DNA of 64,000 bases, taken from positions 10,352,352 to 10,416,351 of the forward strand of contig NC_092678.1 in the NCBI RefSeq assembly GCF_964355755.1. The letters are read 5' to 3'. Position 1 is the first letter of the stretch; each line of letters begins with the position of its first letter. A program made the translations under genes and the position numbers. Positions 1 to 11,604 of this stretch are shown one piece after another. The notes below the pieces were generated by a model. That model saw nothing but the letters and a program-made list of their open reading frames with translations. It had not been told where the DNA came from and searched no databases. The stretch is from Antedon mediterranea (taxonomy: Eukaryota > Animalia > Echinodermata).

Positions 1-3000
1 AACGTCTCCAAATGCGATTTGAAGATATTCTGAGCACTTTGGTGTTTTTATGTTAACAAGTTTTTTCGAAAATCACAAAATGGTCTAAAACGTCTCCAAA
101 TGCGATTTGAAGATATTCTGAGCACTTTGGTGTTTTTATGTTAAAAAGTTTTTTCGAAAATCACAAAATGGTCTAAAACGTCTCCAAATGCGATTTGAAG
201 CTATTCTATACACTTTGATGTTTTGTGTTAAAAAGTTTTGTCGAAATGCTCAAAATGGTTTAAAACGTTTTTAAAACGATATTAAGCTATTTTGTGCTCT
301 TTGATGTTTTTGTGTAACCAAGTTTCATCGAAATGAACAAAATGGTCTAAAACGTCTCCAAATGCGATTTGAAGCTTTTCCAAGCACTTTGCTGTTTTTA
401 TGTTAACAAGTTTTTTCGAAAATCACAAAATTGTCTAAAACGTCTCAAAATGCGATTTGAAGGTATTCTGAGCACTTTGGTGTTTTTGTGTGAAAAGTTT
501 TAACGAAAAGCTCAAAATGGTCTAAAACGGTTCTAATGTGATTTTAAGCACTTTGATGTTTTTGTACAACCAAGTTTCATCGAAATGCTCAAAATGGTCT
601 AAAACGTTTTTAAAACGATATTAAGCTATTTTGTGCTCTTTGATGTTTTTGTGTAACCAAGGTTTTTTCGAAAATCACAAAATGGTCTAAAACGTCTCCA
701 AATGCGATTTGAAGCTTTTCTAAGCACTTTGGTGTTTTTATGTTAACAAGTTTTTTCGAAAATCGCAAAATGGTCTAAAACGTCTCAAAATGCGATTTGA
801 AGGTATTCTGAGCACTTTGGTGTTTTTGTGTGAAAAGTTTTAACGAAATGCTCAAAATGGTCTAAAACGGTTTCTAATGTGATTTTAACCACTTTGATGT
901 TTTTGTGTAACCAAGTTCTTTTCGAAAATCACAAAATGGTCTAAAACGTCTCCAAATGCGATTTGAAGCTTTTCTAAGCACTTTGGTGTTTTTATGTTAA
1001 CAAGTTTTTTCGAAAATCACAAAATGGTCTAAAACGTCTCAAAATGCGATTTGAAGGTATTCTGAGCACTTTGGTGTTTTTGTGTGAAAAGTTTTAACGA
1101 AATGCTCAAAATGGTCTAAAACGGTTTCTAATGTGATTTTAACCACTTTGATGTTTTTGTGTAACCAAGTTTTTTCGAAAATCACAAAATGGTCTAAAAC
1201 GTCTCCAAATGCGATTTGAAGCTTTTCCAAGCACTTTGCTGTTTTTATGTTAACAAGTTTTTTCGAAAATCACAAAATGGTCTAAAACGTCTCCAAATGC
1301 GATTTCAAGGTATTCTGAGCACTTTGGTGTTTTTGTGTGAAAGGTTTTAACGAAATGCTCAAAATGGTCTAAAACGGTTTCTAATGTGATTTTAAGCACT
1401 TTGATGTTTTTGTATAACCAAGTTTCATCGAAATGCACAAAATGGTCTAAAACGTCTCCAAATGCGATTTGAAGCTTTTCTAAGCACTTTGCTGTTTTTA
1501 TGTTAAAAAGTTTTTTCGAAAATCACAAAATGGTCTAAAACGTCTCCAAATGCGATTTGAAGATATTCTGAGCACTTTGGTGTTTTTATGTTAAAAAGTT
1601 TTTTCGAAAATCACAAAATGGTCTAAAACGTCTCCAAATGCGATTTGAAGCTTTTCTAAACACTTTGGTGTTTTTATGTTAACAAGTTTTTTCGAAAATC
1701 ACAAAATGGTCTAAAACGTCTCCAAATCCGATTTGAAGCTATTCTGTACACTTTGATGTTTTGTGTGAAAAAGTTTTGTCGAAATGCTCAAAATGGTCTA
1801 AAACGTTTTTAAAACGATATTAAGCTATTTTGTGCTCTTTGATGTTTTTGTGTAACCAAGTTTCATCGATATGAACAAAATGGTCTAAAACGTCTCAAAA
1901 TGCGATTTGAAGGTATTCTGAGCACTTTGGTGTTTTTGGGTGAAAAGTTTTAACGAAATGCTCAAAATGGTCTAAAACGGTTTCTAATGTGATTTTAAGC
2001 ACTTTGAAGTATTTGTAAAAACAAGTTTCATCGAAATGCACAAAATAGTCTAAAACGTCTCCAAATGCGATTTGAAGCTTTTCTAAGCACTTTGGTGTTT
2101 TTATGTTAACAAGTTTTTTCGAAAATCACAAAATGGTCTAAAACGTCTCCAAATGCGATTTGAAGATATTCTGAGCACTTTGGTGTTTTTATGTTAAAAA
2201 GTATTTTCGAAAATCACAAAATGGTCTAAAACGTCTCCAAATGCGATTTGAAGCTCTTCTGTACACTTTGATGTTTTGTGTGAAAAAGTTTAGTCGAAAT
2301 GCTCAAAATGGTCTAAAACGTTTTTAAAACGATATTAAGCTATTTTGTGCTCTTTGATGTTTTTGTGTAACCAAGTTTCATCGAAAATCACAAAATGGTC
2401 TAAAACGTCTCCAAATGCGATTTGAAGCTTTTCCAAGCACTTTGCTGTTTTTATGTTAACAAGTTTTTTCGAAAATCACAAAATGGTCTAAAACGTCTCA
2501 AAATACGATAATAAGCTGTTTTGTGCACTTTGATGATTTGTGTGAAAAGTTTTAACGAAATGCTCAAAATGGTCTAAAACGGTTTCTAATGTGATTTTAA
2601 GCACTTTGATGTTTTTATGTAGCCAAGTTTTTTCGAAAATCACAAAATGGTCAAAAACGTCTCCAAATGCGATTTGAAGCTTTTCTAAGCACTTTGGTGT
2701 TTTTATGTTAACAAGTTTTTTCGAAAATCACAAAATGGTCTAAAACGTCTCCAAATGCAATTTGAAGCTATTCTGTACACTTTGATGTTTTTTGTGAAAA
2801 AGTTTTGTCAAAATGCTCAAAATGGTCTAAAACGTTTTTAAAACGATATTAAGCTATTTTGTGCTCTTTGATGTTTTTGTATAACCAAGTTTTTTCGAAA
2901 ATCACAAAATGGTCTAAAACGTCTCCAAATGCGATTTGAAGCTTTTCTAAACACTTTGGTGTTTTTATGTTAACAAGTTTTTTCGAAAATCACAAAATGG

Positions 3001-3228
3001 TCTAAAACGTCTCCAAATCCGATTTGAAGCTATTCTGTACACTTTGATGTTTTGTGTGAAAAAGTTTTGTCGAAATGCTCAAAATGGTCTAAAACGTTTT
3101 TAAAACGATATTAAGCTATTTTGTGCTCTTTGATGTTTTTGTGTAACCAAGTTTCATCGATATGAACAAAATGGTCTAAAACGTCTCAAAATGCGATTTG
3201 AAGGTATTCTGAGCACTTTGGTGTTTTT

Positions 3229-5044
3229 GGGTGAAAAGTTTTAACGAAATGCTCAAAATGGTCTAAAACGGTTTCTAATGTGATTTTAAGCACTTTGAAG
3301 TATTTGTAAAAACAAGTTTCATCGAAATGCACAAAATAGTCTAAAACGTCTTCAAATGCGATTTGAAGCTATTCTAAGCACTTTGGTGTTTTTATGTTAA
3401 CAAGTTTTTTCGAAAATCACAAAATGGTCTAAAACGTCTCCAAATGCGATTTGAAGATATTCTGAGCACTTTGGTGTTTTTATGTTAAAAAGTATTTTCG
3501 AAAATCACAAAATGGTCTAAAACGTCTCCAAATGCGATTTGAAGCTCTTCTGTACACTTTGATGTTTTGTGTGAAAAAGTTTAGTCGAAATGCTCAAAAT
3601 GGTCTATAACGTTTTTAAAACGATATTAAGCTATTTTGTGCTCTTTGATGTTTTTGTGTAACCAAGTTTCATCGAAAATCACAAAATGGTCTAAAACGTC
3701 TCCAAATGCGATTTGAAGATATTCTGAGCACTTTGGTGTTTTTATGTTAACAAGTTTTTTCGAAAATCACAAAATGGTCTAAAACGTCTCCAAATGCGAT
3801 TTGAAGATATTCTGAGCACTTTGGTGTTTTTATGTTAAAAAGTTTTTTCGAAAATCACAAAATGGTCTAAAACGTCTCCAAATGCGATTTGAAGCTATTC
3901 TATACACTTTGATGTTTTGTGTTAAAAAGTTTTGTCGAAATGCTCAAAATGGTTTAAAACGTTTTTAAAACGATATTAAGCTATTTTGTGCTCTTTGATG
4001 TTTTTGTGTAACCAAGTTTCATCGAAATGAACAAAATGGTCTAAAACGTCTCCAAATGCGATTTGAAGCTTTTCCAAGCACTTTGCTGTTTTTATGTTAA
4101 CAAGTTTTTTCGAAAATCACAAAATTGTCTAAAACGTCTCAAAATGCGATTTGAAGGTATTCTGAGCACTTTGGTGTTTTTGTGTGAAAAGTTTTAACGA
4201 AAAGCTCAAAATGGTCTAAAACGGTTCTAATGTGATTTTAAGCACTTTGATGTTTTTGTACAACCAAGTTTCATCGAAATGCTCAAAATGGTCTAAAACG
4301 TTTTTAAAACGATATTAAGCTATTTTGTGCTCTTTGATGTTTTTGTGTAACCAAGTTTTTTCGAAAATCACAAAATGGTCTAAAACGTCTCCAAATGCGA
4401 TTTGAAGCTTTTCTAAGCACTTTGGTGTTTTTATGTTAACAAGTTTTTTCGAAAATCACAAAATGGTCTAAAACGTCTCCAAATGCGATTTGAAGATATT
4501 CTGAGCACTTTGGTGTTTTTCTGTTAAAAAGTATTTTCGAAAATCACAAAATGGTCTAAAACGTCTCCAAATGCAATTTGAAGCTATTCTGTACACTTTG
4601 ATGTTTTGTGTGAAAAAGTTTTGTCAAAATGCTCAAAATGGTCTAAAACGTTTTTAAAACGATATTAAGCTATTTTGTGCTCTTTGATGTTTTTGTATAA
4701 CCAAGTTTTTTCGAAATGAACAAAATGGTCTAAAACGTCTCCAAATGCGATTTGAAGCTTTTCTAAACACTTTGGTGTTTTTATGTTAACAAGTTTTTTC
4801 GAAAATCACAAAATGGTCTAAAACGTCTCCAAATCCGATTTGAAGCTATTCTGTACACTTTGATGTTTTGTGTGAAAAAGTTTTGTCGAAATGCTCAAAA
4901 TGGTCTAAAACGTTTTTAAAACGATATTAAGCTATTTTGTGCTCTTTGATGTTTTTGTGTAACCAAGTTTCATCGATATGAACAAAATGGTCTAAAACGT
5001 CTCAAAATGCGATTTGAAGGTATTCTGAGCACTTTGGTGTTTTT
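3229..5044. repeat. 21-monomer higher-order repeat unit, 1,816 bp
   Basis: The diagnostic TTTTTGGGTGAAAAG variant occurs at 3229 and 5045. The monomer string E F B A C D A A C D B E F' D B A C D B C D sums to 8x88 + 11x87 + 78 + 77 = 1,816. Confidence 0.88.
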
Positions 5045-8000
5045 GGGTGAAAAGTTTTAACGAAATGCTGAAAATGGTCTAAAACGGTTTCTAATGTGAT
5101 TTTAAGCACTTTGAAGTATTTGTAAAAACAAGTTTCATCGAAATGCACAAAATAGTCTAAAACGTCTCCAAATGCGATTTGAAGCTTTTCTAAGCACTTT
5201 GGTGTTTTTATGTTAACAAGTTTTTTCGAAAATCACAAAATGGTCTAAAACGTCTCCAAATGCGATTTGAAGATATTCTGAGCACTTTGGTGTTTTTATG
5301 TTAAAAAGTATTTTCGAAAATCACAAAATGGTCTAAAACGTCTCCAAATGCGATTTGAAGCTCTTCTGTACACTTTGATGTTTTGTGTGAAAAAGTTTAG
5401 TCGAAATGCTCAAAATGGTCTAAAACGTTTTTAAAACGATATTAAGCTATTTTGTGCTCTTTGATGTTTTTGTGTAACCAAGTTTCATCGAAATGAACAA
5501 AATGGTCTAAAACGTCTCCAAATGCGATTTGAAGCTTTTCTAAGCACTTTGGTGTTTTTATGTTAACAAGTTTTTTCGAAAATCACAAAATGGTCTAAAA
5601 CGTCTCCAAATGCGATTTGAAGATATTCTGAGCACTTTGCTGTTTTTATGTTAACAAGTTTTTTCGAAAATCACAAAATGGTCTAAAACGTCTCAAAATG
5701 CTATTTGAAGGTATTCTGAGCACTTTGGTGTTTTTGTGTGAAAAGTTTTAACGAAATGCTCAAAATGGTCTAAAACGGTTCTAATGTGATTTTAAACACT
5801 TTGATGTTTTGTGTGAAAAAGTTTTGTCAAAATGCTGAAAATGGTCTAAAACGTTTTTAAAACGATATTAAGCTATTTTGTGCTCTTTGATGTTTTTGTA
5901 TAACCAAGTTTTTTCGAAAATCACAAAATGGTCTAAAACGTCTCCAAATGCGATTTGAAGATATTCTGAGCACTTTGGTGTTTTTATGTTAAAAAGTTTT
6001 TTCGAAAATCACAAAATGGTCTAAAACGTCTCCAAATGCGATTTGAAGATATTCTGAGCACTTTGGTGTTTTTATGTTAAAAAGTTTTTTCGAAAATCAC
6101 AAAATGGTCTAAAACGTCTCCAAATGCGATTTGAAGCTATTCTATACACTTTGATGTTTTGTGTTAAAAAGTTTTGTCGAAATGCTCAAAATGGTTTAAA
6201 ACGTTTTTATAACGATATTAAGCTATTTTGTGCTCTTTGATGTTTTTGTGTAACCAAGTTTCATCGAAATGAACAAAATGGTCTAAAACGTCTCCAAATG
6301 CGATTTGAAGCTTTTCCAAGCACTTTGCTGTTTTTATGTTAACAAGTTTTTTCGAAAATCACAAAATTGTCTAAAACGTCTCAAAATGCGATTTGAAGGT
6401 ATTCTGAGCACTTTGGTGTTTTTGTGTGAAAAGTTTTAACGAAAAGCTCAAAATGGTCTAAAACGGTTCTAATGTGATTTTAAGCACTTTGATGTTTTTG
6501 TACAACCAAGTTTCATCGAAATGCTCAAAATGGTCTAAAACGTTTTTAAAACGATATTAAGCTATTTTGTGCTCTTTGATGTTTTTGTGTAACCAAGTTT
6601 TTTCGAAAATCACAAAATGGTCTAAAACGTCTCCAAATGCGATTTGAAGCTTTTCTAAGCACTTTGGTGTTTTTATGTTAACAAGTTTTTTCGAAAATCA
6701 CAAAATGGTCTAAAACGTCTCAAAATGCGATTTGAAGGTATTCTGAGCACTTTGGTGTTTTTGTGTGAAAAGTTTTAACGAAATGCTCAAAATGGTCTAA
6801 AACGGTTTCTAATGTGATTTTAACCACTTTGATGTTTTTGTGTAACCAAGTTCTTTTCGAAAATCACAAAATGGTCTAAAACGTCTCCAAATGCGATTTG
6901 AAGCTTTTCTAAGCACTTTGGTGTTTTTATGTTAACAAGTTTTTTCGAAAATCACAAAATGGTCTAAAACGTCTCAAAATGCGATTTGAAGGTATTCTGA
7001 GCACTTTGGTGTTTTTGTGTGAAAAGTTTTAACGAAATGCTCAAAATGGTCTAAAACGGTTTCTAATGTGATTTTAACCACTTTGATGTTTTTGTGTAAC
7101 CAAGTTTTTTCGAAAATCACAAAATGGTCTAAAACGTCTCCAAATGCGATTTGAAGCTTTTCTAAGCACTTTGGTGTTTTTATGTTAACAAGTTTTTTCG
7201 AAAATCACAAAATGGTCTAAAACGTCTCCAAATGCGATTTGAAGCTATTCTGTACACTTTGATGTTTTGTGTGAAAAGTTTTAACGAAATGCTCAAAATT
7301 GTCTAAAACGGTTTCTAATGTGATTTTAAGCACTTTGATGTTTTTGTAAAACCAAGTTTCATCGAAATGCACAAAATGGTCTAAAACGTCTCCAAATGCG
7401 ATTTGAAGCTTTTCCAAGCACTTTGGTGTTTTTATGTTAACAAGGTTTTTCGAAAATCACAAAATGGTCTAAAACGTCTCCAAATGCGATTTGAAGCTTT
7501 TCCAAGCACTTTGCTGTTTTTATGTTAACAAGTTTTTTCGAAAATCACAAAATGGTCTAAAACGTCTCAAAATACGATATTAAGCTGTTTTGTGCACTTT
7601 GATGATTTGTGTGAAAAGTTTTAACGAAATGCTCAAAATGGTCTAAAACGGTTTCTAATGTGATTTTAAGCACTTTGATGTTTTTATGTAGCCAAGTTTT
7701 TTCGAAAATCACAAAATGGTCAAAAACGTCTCCAAATGCGATTTGAAGCTTTTCTAAGCACTTTGGTTTTTTTATGTTAACAAGTTTTTTCGAAAATCAC
7801 AAAATGGTCTAAAACGTCTTCAAATGCGATTTGAAGATATTCTGAGCACTTTGGTGTTTTTCTGTTAAAAAGTATTTTCGAAAATCACAAAATGGCCTAA
7901 AACGTCTCCAAATGCGATTTGAAGCTATTCTGTACACTTTGATGTTTTGTGTGAAAAAGTTTTGTCAAAATGCTCAAAATGGTCTAAAACGTTTTTAAAA

Positions 8001-11000
8001 CGATATTAAGCTATTTTGTGCTCTTTGATGTGTTTGTATAACCAAGTTTTTTCGAAAATCACAAAATGGTCTAAAACGTCTCCAAATGCGATTTGAAGCT
8101 TTTCCAAGCACTTTGCTGTTTTTATGTTAACAATTTTTTTCGAAAATCATAAAATGGTCTAAAACGTCTCCAAATGCGATTTGAAGCTATTCTGTACACT
8201 TTGATGTTTTGTGTGAAAAGTTTTGTCGAAATGCTCAAAATGGTCTAAAACGTTTTTAAAACGATATTAAGCTATTTTGTGCTCTTTGATGTTTTTGTGT
8301 AACCAAGTTTCATCGAAATGAGCAAAATGGTCTAAAACGTCTCCAAATGCGATTTGAAGCTTTTCTAAGCACTTTGGTGTTTTTATGTTAACAAGTTTTT
8401 TCGAAAATCACAAAATGGTCTAAAACGTCTCCAAATGCGATTTGAAGATATTCTGAGCACTTTGCTGTTTTTATGTTAACAAGTTTTTTCGAAAATCACA
8501 AAATGGTCTAAAACGTCTCAAAATGCTATTTGAAGGTATTCTGAGCACTTTGGTGTTTTTGTGTGAAAAGTTTTAACGAAATGCTCAAAATGGTCTAAAA
8601 CGGTTCTAATGTGATTTTAAGCACTTTGATGTTTTTGTATAACCAAGTTTCATCGAAATGCTCAAAATGGTCTAAAACGTTTTTAAAACGATATTAAGCT
8701 ATTTTGTGCTCTTTGATGTTTTTGTGTAACGAAGTTTCATCGAAATGAACAAAATGGTCTAAAACGTCTCCAAATGCGATTTGAAGCTTTTCCAAGCACT
8801 TTGCTGTTTTTATGTTAACAAGTTTTTTCGAAAATCACAAAATGGCCTAAAACGTCTCAAAATGCGATTTCAAGGTATTCTGAGCACTTTGGTGTTTTTG
8901 TGTGAAAGGTTTTAACGAAATGCTCAAAATGGTCTAAAACGGTTTCTAATGTGATTTAAAGCACTTTGATGTTTTTGTATAACCAAGTTTCATCGAAATG
9001 CACAAAATGGTCTAAAACGTCTCCAAATGCGATTTGAAGCTTTTCTAAGCACTTTGCTGTTTTTATGTTAACAAGTTTTTTCGAAAATCACAAAATGGTC
9101 TAAAACGTCTCCAAATGCGATTTGAAGATATTCTGAGCACTTTGGTGTTTTTATGTTAAAAAGTTTTTTCGAAAATCACAAAATGGTCTAAAACGTCTCC
9201 AAATGCGATTTGAAGATATTCTGAGCACTTTGGTGTTTTTATGTTAACAAGTTTTTTCGAAAATCACAAAATGGTCTAAAACGTCTCCAAATGCGATTTG
9301 AAGCTATTCTGTACACTTTGATGTTTTGTGTGAAAAAGTTTTGTCGAAATGCTCAAAATGGTCTAAAACGTTTTTAAAACGATATTAAGCTATTTTGTGC
9401 TCTTTGATGTTTTTCTGTAACCAAGTTTTATCGAAATGAACAAAATGGTCTAAAACGTCTCCAAATGCGATTTGAAGCTTTTCCAAGCACTTTGCTGTTT
9501 TTATGTTAACAAGTTTTTTCGAAAATCACAAAATGGTCTAAAACGTCTCAAAATGCGATTTGAAGGTATTCTGAGCACTTTGGTGTTTTTGTGTGAAAAG
9601 TTTTAACGAAATGCTCAAAATTGTCTAAAACGGTTTCTAATGTGATTTTAAGCACTTTGATGTTTTTGTAAAACCAAGTTTCATCGAAATGAACAAAATG
9701 GTCTAAAATGTCTCCAAATGCGATTTGAAGCTTTTCCAAGCACTTTGCTGTTTTTATGTTAACAAGCTTTTTCGAAAATCACAAAATGGTCTAAAACGTC
9801 TCCAAATGCGATTTGAAGATATTCTGAGCACTTTGGTGTTTTTATGTTAAAAAGTTTTTTCGAAAATCACAAAATGGTCTAAAACGTCTCCAAATGCGAT
9901 TTGAAGATATTCTGAGCACTTTGGTGTTTTTATGTTAAAAAGTTTTTTCGAAAATCACAAAATGGTCTAAAACGTCTCCAAATGCGATTTGAAGCTATTC
10001 TGTACACTTTGATGTTTTGTGTGAAAAAGTTTTGTCGAAATGCTCAAAATGGTTTAAAACGTTTTTAAAACGATATTAAGTTATTTTGTGCTCTTTGATG
10101 TTTTTGTGTAACCAAGTTTCATCGAAATGAACAAAATGGTCTAAAACGTCTCCAAATGCGATTTGAAGCTTTTCCAAGCACTTTGCTGTTTTTATGTTAA
10201 CAAGTTTTTTCGAAAATCACAAAATGGTGTAAAACGTCTCAAAATGCGATTTGAAGGTATTCTGAGCACTTTGGTGTTTTTGTGTGAAAAGTTTTAACGA
10301 AATGCTCAAAATGGTCTAAAACGGTTCTAATGTGATTTTAAGCTATTCTAGACACTTTGATGTTTTGTGTGAAAAAGTTTTCTCGAAATGCTCAAAATGG
10401 TCTAAAACGTTTTCCAATACCATATTAAGCTATTTTGTGCAATTTGATGTTTTTGTGTAACCAAGTTTTTTGAAATGCGATTTGAAGATATTCTGAGGAC
10501 TCTGGTGTTTTTATGTTAAAAAGTTTTTTCGAAAATCACAAAATGGTCTAAAACGTCTCCAAATGCGATTTGAAGATATTCTGAGCACTTTGGTGTTTTT
10601 ATGTTAAAAAGTTTTTTCGAAAATCACAAAATGGTCTAAAACGTCTCCAAATGCGAGTTGAAGCTATTCTGTACACTTTGATGTTTTGTGTGAAAAAGTT
10701 TTGTCGAAATGCTCAAAATGGTCTAAAACGTTTTTAAAACGATATTAAGCTATTTTGTGCTCTTTGATGTTTTTGTGTAACCAAGTTTTTTCGAAAATCA
10801 CAAAATGGTCTAAAACGTCTCCAAATGCGATTTGAAGCTTTTCTAAGCACTTTGGTGTTTTTATGTTAACAAGTTTTTTCGCAAATCACAAAATGGTCTA
10901 AAACGTCTCCAAATGCGATTTGAAGATATTCTGAGCACATTGGTGTTTTTATGTTAAAAAAGTTTTTTCGAAAATCACAAAATGGTCTAAAACGTTTCCA

Positions 11001-11604
11001 AATGCGATTTGAAGCTCTTCTGTACACTTTGATGTTTTGTGTGAAAAAGTTTTTTCGAAATGCTCAAAATGGTCTAAAACGTTTTTAAATACGATATTAA
11101 GCTGTTTTGTGCACTTTGATGGTTTGTGTGAAAAGTTTTAACGAAATGCTCAAAATGGTCAAAAACGGTTTCTAATGTGATTTTAAGCACTTTGATGTTT
11201 TTGTGTAACCAAGTTTTTTCGAAAATCACAAATTGGTCTAAAACGTCTCCAAATGCGATTTGAAGCTTTTCTAAACACTTTGGTGCTTTTATGTTAACAA
11301 GTTTTTTCGAAAATCACAAAATGGTCTAAAACGTCTCCAAATGCGATTTGAAGCTTTTCTAAACACTTTGGTGTTTTTATGTTAACAAGTTTTTTCGAAA
11401 ATCACAAAATGGTCTAAAACGTCTTCAAATGCGATTTGAAGATATTCTGAGCACTTTGGTGTTTTTCTGTTAAAAAGTTTTTTCGAAAATCACAAAATGG
11501 TCTAAAACGTCTCCAAATGCGATTTGAAGCTCTTCTGTACACTTTGATGTTTTGTGTGAAAAAGTTTTCTCGAAATGCTCAAAATGGTCTAAAACGTTTT
11601 CCAA
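4340..11604. repeat. Long segmental copy 1 (>=7.2 kb), partner at +52,396
   Basis: Rare variants are shared at a constant offset: 4711/57107, GGTTTTTTTATG 7765/60161, ORFs 7217/59613 and 9548/61944, 10321/62717, and 11604/64000. Confidence 0.93.

Noticed and set aside
1-88. tRNA, 5S rRNA or other structured RNA gene array (unit size 77-88 bp)
   Set aside because: There is no cloverleaf, no convincing A/B box (TTCGAA lacks the GGTTCGA context) and no spacer, and the many T-runs would terminate Pol III.
56-100. CENP-B box or assignment to a named satellite (alpha satellite, CEN178 and similar)
   Set aside because: TTCG is present but is not followed by the A..CGGG pattern of the CENP-B box. 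I do not recognise the monomer as a named family; a database search is needed.
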